A stretch of DNA of 49,835 nucleotides, taken from contig NW_021834451.1 of NCBI RefSeq assembly GCF_006345805.1, forward strand, positions 1-49,835, in the 5' to 3' direction. Numbering within the stretch: the stretch's first letter is position 1; each line of letters begins with the position of its first letter. The position numbers and the translations under genes are program-made. The notes beneath the pieces were generated by a model that made no database searches, was not told the origin of the DNA, and saw only the letters and a list, made by a program, of their open reading frames with translations. The DNA comes from Octopus sinensis (taxonomy: Eukaryota). Positions 1 through 12,104 of the stretch are shown here, piece by piece.

Positions 1-600
1 GTCTATATACACACACACACATGCACGCACAAAAAGGATTATACGTCTAACAAGAAAAAACAGGGCTAAGGGCAAAAATACGGGAAAATGTGTAAAAACA
101 CTGAGTAAAATTACGTCTATATACGCACGTACTCGCATGCACGCACCACGCGCACATCTACATACAACATACCCGCACAACACGCTCACATTCACACGCG
201 CGCACAAAAGATTCCATATACACGTCTATATACGCACAGGGAAAATTGCAGGTTGTGAAGGTAGAATACAGATACCATTATGTGTAAAAAATATATAAGC
301 AATAAACCTATAACCCAAAATCTCTATAAATATGTAAGAAATATATGTAATAAAATAGAAATAAAATTTAAAAATATATAAGAATATAAGTAAAAGGTGT
401 AAAGAGATAAAAAGCTTGTGCTTGGACACATATAGAAAGCAGTTCTATCTGTAGTCTCGGAGGGGGACCAAAAACGTAATAAATATTTGGCCACGTATGG
501 GCATGAACCGAAAAGTTCAGTCCTTGAATTCAGACATGTAGTAGGATCTAAGCTGCTTTTCTAGATGAGCCATCTTTCCATATGGCGAACCATCTTTCCA

Positions 601-733
601 AAAGAGACCGATAGAATAAGTAGCAGACTTCCAAAGAATAAGTCCTGGAGTCGATTTGCTCGACTCAAGGCGCTACTCCAGCATGGCCGCAGTCAAATGA
701 CTGAAACAAGTAAATGAGCAAATGAGTAAATGA
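601..733 (+). mobile_element. SINE family A, 3' fragment
   Basis: Matches the 3' half of full copies (GATAGAATAAGTA...CAGCATGGCCGCAGTCAAATGACTGAAAC). Confidence 0.75.
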
Positions 734-1404
734 GATGTAGAACGAGTCTATAAGATTCATTTGTTTGTTGCCTGTGCGCATGCGTACAGTCAAAGAACCT
801 AAAAAAGAGAGAATACCCTTAAGGATTTACAAATTCTCGTTTTACAACCCAGAATGTGCATCGTTTTAATCTTTACTCTTTGGATGCACTCTAGCTTTTC
901 TAGTTTTTGGTTTTTGGTTAATGCATATCAGTTGCTCAGAAACAAATGAAAATGTTACTGTTGGATATTACAGCGTTATATTTGTAGTAAGTTCTCTAAA
1001 AATGTTATCCTTTTCCCACTATATCAAGAGACAATAATGAAAATACTTCTAAAATTTTATTCCTACCTCAATTATAAAATTTCATTAGAACTTATAACTA
1101 TTTTTGCATTTAGTTTTTAATGTCTTCGATAATGTGTCTGCTATAATAGCAGGAATAACATGTATTTAAGCAACAATTTGGAAGCAGCGATTTTCTGGGA
1201 TCAGTATACGTCGGCATGTAAAAAACAGCTTCTAAACATTGTCGTGTTTTTATTCAAACGATTCATGTCGTCACTGAAGGACATTGACGTAATGGAGGAC
1301 ATAAATTTGATATTGTCCAAAATTACAACTTTTTAATTATTATTTCTTACAGCTGTTCCTGGCACATGAACCGACAAAATTGAATAACATCGCATAAATC
1401 GTGG

Positions 1405-2570
<1,166 letters not shown>

Positions 2571-2770
2571 TCATACATTCACAAATGGAAAATCCTATTT
2601 GTAAACCCATCAACAAGAGATATTCACTAAGAGTACTCTAGAATGAAGGTTAATTGCCAACATAACACGGTAGTCGAATGTTAATGTTATTAAGCTCAGA
2701 AGACGATGTTTTCCTGGGATTAAACAACAGTAACATTCAGCTGTCACTTTATGTTGGCAAACAACCTTTA

Positions 2771-2815
<45 letters not shown>

Positions 2816-2989
2816 ATATATATATATATATATATATTATATATACATCGTCGTTACACGAGCAAAGCCATTTGCAAGAAGACTTACTGAAAGCCGGAGT
2901 AAAACAAAGTTTAAAGCTGTTCACTGAATAACCAAGACTACACAACCATCATCAACCAGTCTGGACTTTGCGCAAGAGAAAGTCTACTG

Positions 2990-3035
2990 AGCTTTTTATA
3001 TAAATACCGTTCGGATCTGATAAGTATGTAACATT
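2990..3035 (+). promoter_or_regulatory. Putative TATA box and short non-coding leader exon donor of gene 1
   Basis: TATATAAATA followed by ...TGATAAGTAT|GTAACA. Near-identical at about 21958-21997 upstream of gene 2; similar TGATAAGCAG|GTAACG at about 31168-31184 upstream of gene 3. Each signal exon starts with a splice acceptor a few nt before its ATG, which requires an upstream non-coding exon. Confidence 0.4.
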
Positions 3036-3163
3036 TAAATTATTCATTGTTGCTCTATGTGATTAAGTAATAGCAATAGACAGAGTATGTTATGGTAATG
3101 ATGATGGTGGCAGTGGTTGAGCTTAAGCCGTTTGTTGCCTGTTTGCATGTGTACAGTCCAAGA

Positions 3164-3548
3164 GTGGAGACGCAATGGCCCAGTGGTTAGGGCAGCGGAC
3201 TCGCGGTCATAGGATCGCGGTTTCGATTCCCAGACCGGGCGTTTGTGAGTGTTTATTGAGCGAAAACACCTAAAGCTCCACGAGGCTCTGGCAGGGCATG
3301 GTGGTGATCCCTGCTGTACTCTTTCACCACAACTTTCTCTCACTCTTACTTCCTGTTTCTGTTGTACCTGTATTTCAAAGGGCCGGCCTTGTCACTCTCT
3401 GTGTCACGCTGAATATCCCCGAGAACTACGTTAAGGGTACACGTGTCTGTGGAGTGCTCAGCCACTTACACGTTAATTTCACGAGCAGGCTGTTCCGTTG
3501 ATTCGGATCAACAGGAACCCTCGTCGTCGTAACCGACGGAGTGCTTCC
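3164..3548 (+). mobile_element. tRNA-derived SINE family B with 12-bp TSD TACAGTCCAAGA
   Basis: A box TGGCCCAGTGG, B box GTTTCGATTCC; TSD at 3152-3163 and 3549-3560; empty site at 22115-22126. Confidence 0.9.
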
Positions 3549-4145
3549 TACAGTCCAAGATCCGCAAAGAGAGAGGATAACCGGAATGATTTACTGATTT
3601 TCACTTTACATCTCATCGATTGTGTTTGATGAAAGTGAATCAGTTGACCCTTTAGTTTTGGATAAAGTCGAGCTTTTGTAGTGTTTGATTTTGGTCATAG
3701 AAAATAGAGAAAATACTTTTGACAGTGTACATTTCACATAGAACATTCTGTCAAATGGAAAGTGACAAGCCTTACATATTTGTTTGCGACAGAAATAATA
3801 ATAATAATAATAATAATATAGAAGTCAGAAAACCTTGAAGTAAGAACATTTCATTCACTGTTAACAGTATGCAGGATCTTTACGGAGAAATGCTTCGAAG
3901 GCGTCGTCTTCACCAAAATATATACTTACATTCGTATTTTTGGTGCAATTAAATCTACATTAGTACTATTGGTGCAATTAAATTAGGTATATTACTAATT
4001 GTTTAAATGGTAAAGCTTGGATTTTCAGAACAGCTAAAAGGTAGTTTTTTTTACCTAAATTTCAGCTGTAGACTTTTGCTTCTTTGTAAGAAAAATGCTT
4101 TTGTATTAATGACTCTCGATGTTATATTTGTCTATCATCAGGTGC

Positions 4146-4212
4146 ATGATGAAAAGCATCAGTGTCCTATTGTTTTGTGTATTCATTTCATACACATTCT
4201 CGGTTAAAAGAG
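4146..4212 (+). CDS. Knottin prepropeptide gene 1, coding exon 1 (signal peptide MMKSISVLLFCVFISYTFSVKR)
   Basis: Acceptor CATCAG|GTGC before the ATG; 22 codons + 1 nt; donor G|GTAAGT (phase 1); hydrophobic N-terminal stretch; near-identical paralog at 22870. Confidence 0.85.
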
Positions 4213-5380
4213 GTAAGTATATTTAGAAATTTCTTTTATTTCATAGCAATCCGAAATGTAGTGGGGGAAAAGGGGGGAAATAGAAAGGTGGAGAGGAGGA
4301 AAATGAATAACGCCACCTCGGCGGTCTTTTGGTTGTACCCCATTTATATGCAATTTCAGCTTTTAAATAAATAACACACTTTTTATATACACAACTCTTA
4401 GACCAAGTATACGGAATTAAGATTCTTCTAAATAATATATAACATTTAATTAACACTATGACTGATACAAATCGGGGAGACTTCTAGTAGTGTGCTCTCA
4501 TCTGTTACTCCTGTATTTGATCAGAACATAAACATGGACGAAATGCCGCTGAGCATATTGTCCGTCGAGCTAACAATTCTGCCGGTTCTCCGCCGCCTTT
4601 TGAATTCTTAATTACTAAAATAATTACAGAAGAGAATCAGCAAGTGCTGTATACAATGTTTCATGTGTCTTTTGTTTGTTTTCTTGTCATTCCTTTTTAT
4701 TGTTTCATTGGTTTTTATCTCCTTGTATGTATTAAAAATATCCATTACTACAGTGATGAGCCATATTTAAGTGTCTGAGTGAGGAAATGTGAGCTCCAGT
4801 CGTCAGGATCCCCCCATCTTGTTTCAGATGGTGTTATCATAAATACATTCTCTTCTATTCAATGAATTATACATCATCCTCCATTTGATACATTATCCTC
4901 TATTTAATGAATTACTATACATGCATATAGTATATAGAATATATATGTGTGTGTGTTTGTTTACGTATTTATATATGGTTATTACATATATATAGTATAT
5001 AGTATTTAATATTTTACTAAGAATGAAATATTTCTATAAGTTTGTGGTTGAGTATCTGCGGCTACTGGATGTTATATTTCCTCTGTGTTATTATCATGCT
5101 GAGAGAATATGTTTATGAATGAGTGATTGAATTAAATATAATTAAGATATCCACTACGATCGTTTCTTGTCACTTCTATGGACATTCATCAGGTGGTTTC
5201 AAGACCTAAAATATAATCAATATTTTTAAGATATAAATTTGAAATTATCCTCTATTATACATTATCCTCTATTTAATGAGTTACTTTTTGAGTGTTTCAT
5301 GGGTATTTTGTGTATTTCTACGCGAAACTTTGGTAAATGGATATCTAATTCTTTCATATATATTTTAATATCTCTTTTAG

Positions 5381-5411
5381 ATGTCGCTCCCTTGACTAAA
5401 ATGCTTCTAAG
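5381..5411 (+). CDS. Gene 1, coding exon 2 (propeptide DVAPLTKMLLS)
   Basis: Acceptor CTTTTAG|, donor AG|GTAAGA; 31 nt (2+27+2) keeps frame between the phase-1 and phase-2 introns; paralog at 23561 also begins DVAP. Confidence 0.8.
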
Positions 5412-6105
5412 GTAAGAACAATATATGTACGTCTCTTATAAATATGATTAATCTAGTATTGGCAAGGTGGGAAGTTGGCAGAATCGTTTGTATTCTGGAT
5501 AGTTCTTCTGGCTTTATGTTTTGAGTTAAAATTTTGCCGATGTTGACTGCGCCTTTCATCATTTCTGGGTCGATGAAATAAATACTAGTTGAGAAGTAGG
5601 GTCGATGGAAAATTGTAACACCCTCCATCAACTATTCAGGCCTTGTGCCTGTCGTAGAAAAGGTTTTGAGTATTGGGACTGTTTCCAAATTACAGTTTCT
5701 GGATAAAAGAAAATCTGAAAAGGGAATATATGAAGCGAGATATCTCGAAAAGACAGTTTTTTTCATGAGTAAAAATCAAATGATATTTCTTTATATTTTG
5801 CCTACAAATGACTGGTATGGCTGAGCGGTTAAGAACTTCACTTCATAACCACGAAGTTTGAGGATTCAATTTCTGAGCAAGATTTTTTGTATTATGGCGC
5901 CGGGTCGAACAATATTATTTCAATGAATGTGGCAGACGAAAAGTGTTGCATATTTACTCTTGCACTTTCAGATTGTATTTGTATTCGCTGGTCGATTTCT
6001 TTTCTGAGTAGCCAAGCTTATCTCCATTGTCACTTAAGCATCTACTCACAAAACCAAGTGCACCAATTATTATTGGTATAAATGTCAATTTATAATCTGG
6101 ATGTA

Positions 6106-6672
6106 TTGGGTTGTCCGGAAAGTTCGTGCCGATTTCTAGTAGCTTACCTTTCGACTTATTTTAGAACATGGTTGAGTCCATAAAATAGGATTTGATTACA
6201 CCTCCATTTAGAGCACAGTTTAAGCTATCTTTTCATGGAAGAAGATTTATGTTCCTATAATCTGTGTTAATTCTGTAACCCTTTAAATTGGAAGATAAGA
6301 AAGTTCATTTTCGGCACTTCATGCTTTTGGAACCAGATAAAAATTGTTGCAGCTCGGCTGCGATGTGTTACCCCACCCTCCATATTCACCAGATATCGCT
6401 CCTTCGAATTTCCACTTATTCAGGTCTCTGCAGAATAGTCTTAATGGTAAAAATTTCAAAATCCTTGGATGGCGTAAAAAGATACCTTGATGAATTCTTT
6501 GCCATGAAACCACCTCAATTCTGGGAAGAGGGTATTTCCAAGTTAAAGGAAAGATGGAGACGCATTGTGCAACAAAATGGTTCATATTTGGTTGATTAAA
6601 AATGTAATGGCAAGCATTTATTGGCCTTTTTCTTTCCTTTAAAAATCGGCACGAACTTTCCGGACAACCCAA
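6106..6672 (+). mobile_element. Internally deleted mariner (Tc1/mariner) element
   Basis: Perfect 30-bp TIRs TTGGGTTGTCCGGAAAGTTCGTGCCGATTT with TA flanks. The N-terminal MEDKKVHFRHFML remnant joins the C-terminal PHPPYSPDIAPSNFHLFRSLQ...RWRRIVQQNGSY remnant of a mariner transposase. Confidence 0.9.
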
Positions 6673-7052
6673 TAGAAGCTGAAGCGTTGCAGCAGTTGTC
6701 CAGTGTTAGCATCCTCCTCTTTGGTTTTCAAAGACCGGAGATCTCTATGACAGTTTATTCATTTTCTTGCTTGCCTCAAGTTATGTTATCCGACCGGTTA
6801 TCTTTACATTGACAGATATTCCGATGTTAATATTCCACCAGCATTCGTTATGTTGATGTCTATGTATGTATTTAGCAACAGGGTTTCACTATATACATTC
6901 CAGGACAATCTTCCTACCAGAATGGCATTGTCTATTGTGTTGGCGACAACGTCTTGTCGCATAGGGTGCTTGTACCTCGATAGTAGTACCATACATACAT
7001 GCATATGCACACAATACACACACACACACCAAGGCATATATATATTACATAT

Positions 7053-7412
7053 ACTCTTTTACTCTTTTACTCTTTTACTTGTTTCAGTCATTTGACTGCG
7101 GCCATGCTGGAGCACCGCCTTTAGTCGAGCAAATCGACCCCGGGACTTATTCTTTGTAAGCCCAGTACTTATTCTATCGGTCTCTTTTGCCGAACCGCTA
7201 AGTGACGGGGACGTAAACACACCAGCATCGGTTGTCAAGCAATATACATATATACGACAGGCTTCTTTCAGTTTCCGTCTACCAAATCCTCTCACAAGGC
7301 ATTGGTCGGCCTGGGGCTATAGCAGAAGACACTTGCCCAAGGTGCCACGCAGTGGGACTGAACCCGGAACCATGTGGTTGGTTAGCAAGCTACTTACCAC
7401 ACAGCCACTCCT

Positions 7413-7416
<4 letters not shown>
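7053..7416 (-). mobile_element. tRNA-derived SINE family A
   Basis: Head GCGCAGGAGTGGCTGTGTGG...GGGTTCAGTCCC; tail (AAAAGAGT)n. Confidence 0.85.
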
Positions 7417-7464
<48 letters not shown>

Positions 7465-7473
7465 TATATATAT

Positions 7474-7509
<36 letters not shown>

Positions 7510-7868
7510 CAAACATACATGTAGAGAGATATACAATGCAAATTGATATTTTGGTATTTAATGGGATTCTTTTATATTCACTTCTACCGTCTTTGGCCCC
7601 TGTCAAAATACTTATTGCTTCTTATACAAATTTTAAAAGCTCGCCGTCGTCGATGTTCAAGTTTTACATGGATTTATAAAAGTACAAAGCATGACTGGTG
7701 CTGTACTTCACAAAATATGATTCAAGTGATGAAGAACGGCATAATCCAGACTTTAGTTACTTACAATTGTTTTTATTTTTTTATCATGAAAGAATGCAAA
7801 AATGAAGTGAATTCATATTGTTCTCATAATGGAATAAATTAAATTCGATTCAAAATAGAATATAATTA

Positions 7869-8333
7869 ACTAGCATTATCGCCCGGCGTTGCTCGGGTTT
7901 GTAAGGGAAATAACTATATAAGCATTTTTAGAGAGTTACTTCCCTTATAGATGCCAATTCGGGCTTTCTTAGCCATTTCTGTTTTGGTGTCTTCAAGCTA
8001 TGAAGTCGTTGTTCTAAAAGAACAACGACAGCTTCACGAGGGAGGGAAGAAGGGGGAGAAGCAAACAGGTGCAGGTGTGACCATGGACGCCAACTCCGCC
8101 GCCATCTACACACGAAAAATTATGCATTAAAATGGAATAAAAAATGATGATAAATTATTTTTAAAATCATAGACTCATCGTAGACGCGCGCTAATACTCA
8201 GACGGGCTCGATATGAATCACGACTATAAGATACCCGGTTTTGGTTAAACTGCACCGCAAAATGTGGGAGTAATTAGGAATCTAAATCGAAGGGGACAGA
8301 CACTCACACAACTACAGTTTTATATATATAGAT
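7869..8333 (+). mobile_element. Non-autonomous helitron-like element
   Basis: Starts ACTAGC..TCGCCCGGCGTTGCTCGGG (subterminal hairpin), ends CAGACA..TTTTATATATATAGAT; no TSD; absent from the paralogous gene 2 intron. Confidence 0.6.
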
Positions 8334-8452
8334 GTGTTAATGAAATTGAGCAGCTGAACTGAGGTGAAAACTTGTTACAAAGCCAGGGCTACGTAGTATT
8401 AACTGCTCACTACTTTATGTAACTCGAAGCGCACTAGGGCTATATTTGTGTT

Positions 8453-8906
8453 AAGGATCTTTTCCTTTTGATGGGCAACTCGATTAATTAATTTTCTATA
8501 ACTAAACACTTTGAAACTTCGGATACTGGTAGAATGTGTCATACAGAACATCCTTTACTCTTAGCGTTGTTGAGAAAAGTTTATATTTTCGAAGTTATTT
8601 CGTGTTAAAGTTGTCGTATTTCGGTAATATCAACCAATCAATGACGCGTATTCAGCTGAATAAAATTTCTGCTGTTGTTTGTCAACAACTATCGGCGGAG
8701 TATGTTTCGTTTGTCACTGTTATTTATGACATCGTTCGTGCTTTTGTACTTTAATACGAAATAACTTCGAAAATAGAAACTTTTCTCAACAACGCTAAGA
8801 GTAAAAGATGTTCTATATGACACATTCTACCAGTATCCGAAGTTTCAAAGTGTTTAGTTGAAGAAAAATAATTGTTCTAGCTGCCCACGAAAACGAAAAG
8901 ATCCTT
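8453..8906. mobile_element. Foldback/MITE-like inverted-repeat element
   Basis: About 170-bp imperfect terminal inverted arms; TGTT on both sides; empty site near 24940 in gene 2. Confidence 0.75.
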
Positions 8907-9119
8907 TGTTAAATAAACCAAAGGGATATATACAAATGTTACATGCTATGCAACTCGCTAATCATACGGATTTACTCGTAGACAGACATTAATCTCCATC
9001 ATTAATAGATGATTTGAAACAACGAGCCAAGGAAATCGTTTTTCTGATACAAATACAAATAAACCAAAGTAAATAGAATTGAAAACTATATAAAGGTCAA
9101 GATTTCCGTTTTATACACT

Positions 9120-10020
9120 ACTAGCAGTATCGCCCGGCGTTGCTCGGGTTTGTAAGGGAAATAACTATAAAGCATTTTTAGAGAGTTATAGCCAAAAAAT
9201 AGCAAAAAAATGGAAAAAAATGATGGTAAATTTTTGTTTTAGTTAAAAAAGGTGGAGTTGCGTCCCCTAGACAGTTTGCGGTTTGTGTTTCTGATTCTCG
9301 ACCCCATGTCGAATTTATCGATTTTTTTCAGAACTGGGGGAACTTTTCAAAATTTTCGCTGCGTTAGTTTTGAATTATGACATTGGGCTATGTGTGTGTC
9401 AAGTTTCATCAGAATCGGTTGAAAGCCGTGGTCAGGGTGAGGGTACAAGCAAACAGACACACAGAAACACACAGAGACAAACTGCCGTTTATATATAGAG
9501 AGAAGACTAGCAGTATCGCCCGGCGTTGCTCGGGTTTGTAAGGGAAATAACTATATAAGCATTTTTAGAGAGTTACTTCCTTTATAGATGCCAATTCGGG
9601 CTTTCTTAGCCATTTCTGTTTTGGTGTCTTCAAGCCATGAAGTCGTTGTTCTAAAAGAACGCTGGTCTCCTTGACAACGCTTTACGACGTTGATTTCTTT
9701 ACACTCCCTTCCCCACAGCTTCACGAGGGAGGGAAGGGGGAGAAGCAAACAGGTGCAGCTGTGAGCGTGGACGCCAACTCCGCCGCCATCGACACACGAA
9801 AAATTATGCATTAAAATGGAATAAAAAATTCTGTTAAATTATTTTTAAAATCGTAGACTCATCGTTGACGCGCGCTAATACTCAGACGGGCTCGATATGA
9901 ATCACGACTATAAGATACCCGAATTTGGTTAAACTGCACCGCAAAATGTGGGAGGAGTTAGGAATCTAAATCGAAGGGGACAGACACTCACACAACTACA
10001 GTTTTATATATATAAAGATA
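9120..10020 (+). mobile_element. Two head-to-tail helitron-like elements (9120-9505, 9506-10020)
   Basis: Both begin ACTAGCAGTATCGCCCGGCGTTGCTCGGG; the second matches the 7869-8333 copy. Confidence 0.6.
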
Positions 10021-10190
10021 GAGAATTGTTTTCCATATCTCATTAAGGATGTGCAGAGAAATACACGGGACAAAACTTAATGACCATAACAAAAGAAATA
10101 CCACGTAGAATTCAGATTTGATTTCCCGGTTACAAACAAATGGTTATTCGTTGAAATGTGCTGAGAATCATGAACCAAATTTGAAATTTA

Positions 10191-10814
10191 GGATCTTTAC
10201 CTTTTGACCGACAGATTTTTAAAATAATTCTTTGTAACTAAACACTTTGAAACTTCGGACACTGGTAGAATGTGCCTTATAAAACATCATTTACTCTTAG
10301 CATTTTTGAGAAAAACTTATATTTACGAAGTTATTTCACGTTAAAGTTGTCCTATTTCGGTAATTTTAACCAATCAATGACATGTATTCAGCTGAATAAT
10401 ATTACTGCTGTTGTTTGTCAACAAGAATTTCCGGTGGTGTATATTTCGTTTGTCACTGTTATTTATGACAACCCTAACCCTAAAACCCTAACCCTAACCC
10501 TAAAATCTTAAAGCTAAAACCAGTACAAACGCACGAATGATGTCATAAATAACAATGATAAACGAAAAATACACCACCGATAGTTGTTGACAAACAACGG
10601 CATTAATTTTATTCAGCTGTATACACGTCATTGATTGGTTGAAATTACCGAAATACGGGAACTTTAACGTGAAATAACTTCGTAAATATAAGTTTTTCTC
10701 AAAAAACTTCGAGTAAAAGATGTTTTATATGAAACATTCTACCAGTGTCCGAAGTTTCAAAGTGTTTAGTTACAAAAAACTATTTTAAAAATCTGTCGGT
10801 CAAAAGGTAGATCC
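10191..10814. mobile_element. Foldback/MITE-like element with central (CCCTAA)n tract
   Basis: About 280-bp inverted arms, same family as 8453-8906; ACCCTA repeats at 10470-10503. Confidence 0.8.
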
Positions 10815-11163
10815 GAAATTTATTCCTTTAGGTCAAAATAGTGACGATAATTGGAACACAGGTAGTCAATAAGTGTGACATTGGAATTCTTGATATATCC
10901 TTATATACCAAGTCACTTACAAATTCGAGAAAATACACTAAGTAATAGTTAAAAGAAAAGAAAGAATTGACTTGTGGTACTTGTTTCGGATCAGCATGTT
11001 GTGAGTTCAAGTCCCGTCAGATTCTTTAGTTTTATCGACATCGATAAAATAAATACCATTATCGTTTAATCCCTTTCCCCTATACATTTCCTTGCCTTTT
11101 CCTTTAATGTGAACCCCTAATTAAATAATATTTTGTATTCTCTATTATATTTTGTATTTACAG

Positions 11164-11299
11164 TGAAAGGCTTAAGAGAGCTTCATGTTCAATAGCGGGT
11201 TGCTGGCTTCACAAACTTAATCGACATTGTGGATGCTGCCCCGGTTACAAATGTTCACTTACAGCAACTTATTGCCTCTGTTATTTGGGTAGCCCCTAA
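11164..11299 (+). CDS. Gene 1, coding exon 3 (ERLKR|ASCSIAGCWLHKLNRHCGCCPGYKCSLTATYCLCYLGSP*), 8-Cys mature peptide; spliced product 77 aa
   Basis: Acceptor TATTTACAG|, phase 2; RLKR furin-type site followed by 8 Cys including a CC doublet; stop TAA 11297-11299; too short for the ORF track. Confidence 0.85.
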
Positions 11300-11539
11300 C
11301 ACCTGGTTCTCGGACCATGATTCACGGGACTAATAATATTATACTCCAAACCGTAATCGCTTTTCTGGTTTTTCTCGTAAATTTACCATCTAATTGGCGT
11401 GCTGCTCTGGTGAAGTTTGAAGGTAAACTACAGACGTAAGATTGTTTTTATTGAAGGCGAAAATCGATGAGAAGAAATGCAGACAAAACAGCAAAAATAC
11501 ACTCAACAAGAACATCAACAACATGCTGCTATTACTTCT

Positions 11540-11810
11540 TCCTCCTCCTCCCCTTCTTCGTCCTTCCCCTTCTTCATCCTCCTTCTTTCTCCTCCTCCTT
11601 CCCTCCCTCTTCCTCCCCACTTCCTCCACCTCCTCATCCTCCCCACTTCCACCTCCTCCTCTCATCCTCTTCCCCCTCCTCCTCCTCATCCCCTCCCGTC
11701 TTCACTCCTCCCATTCTCCTCTTCCCCCTCCTCCTCCTCATTCCCTCCCCTCTTCAACCCTCCCCTCTTCACCACTCCCCACTTCCTCCTCCTCCTCCTC
11801 CTCCTCCTCT
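11540..11810. repeat. Degenerate (CCT)n polypyrimidine tract in the gene 1 3' region
   Basis: Direct reading. Confidence 0.9.
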
Positions 11811-12098
11811 TATCTAATCAATCGTCAGATCCTACAACAGTAGAAAACTATGAATAACCATTAAGAGACACAGTGAAATATAAAATATTAACGAGCAGAA
11901 GTTTGATTTTGTACTTTATCCTGGAAAGAAATTCACGTATGTTGCACCAAGAACTGAAATGGTAAAACAAGAGAAAATCTGCAAACCATAATCTACAACT
12001 ATAAGTTTTCTAACAAACCGAAATTAATACGACGAATGTATTTAATATCTAATATATTTATGCTATTAATCCGTCAAATTTTAATGAAATTCCAATGA

Positions 12099-12104
12099 AA
12101 TAAA
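12099..12104 (+). terminator. Candidate polyadenylation signal AATAAA of gene 1 (homologs at 26769-26774 and 28088-28093)
   Basis: Hexamer in a 3' block conserved behind all three homologous terminal exons; not experimentally supported. Confidence 0.4.

Noticed and set aside
3164-3240. tRNA genes at SINE heads
   Set aside because: A/B boxes are present, but they continue into SINE bodies with TSDs and many diverged copies.
4007-4207. Duplicated 66-aa ORF (also 22728-22928) and the neighbouring duplicated ORFs
   Set aside because: Conserved only because of the segmental duplication; the real signal exon lies in another frame with proper splice sites.
10470-10503. Chromosome end or telomere fusion
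   Set aside because: Only about five imperfect repeats, located in the centre of a foldback element.
11390-11857. Pro/Ser-rich or Arg/Glu-rich ORFs
   Set aside because: Arise from the (CCT)n tract; not conserved in the paralogous modules.
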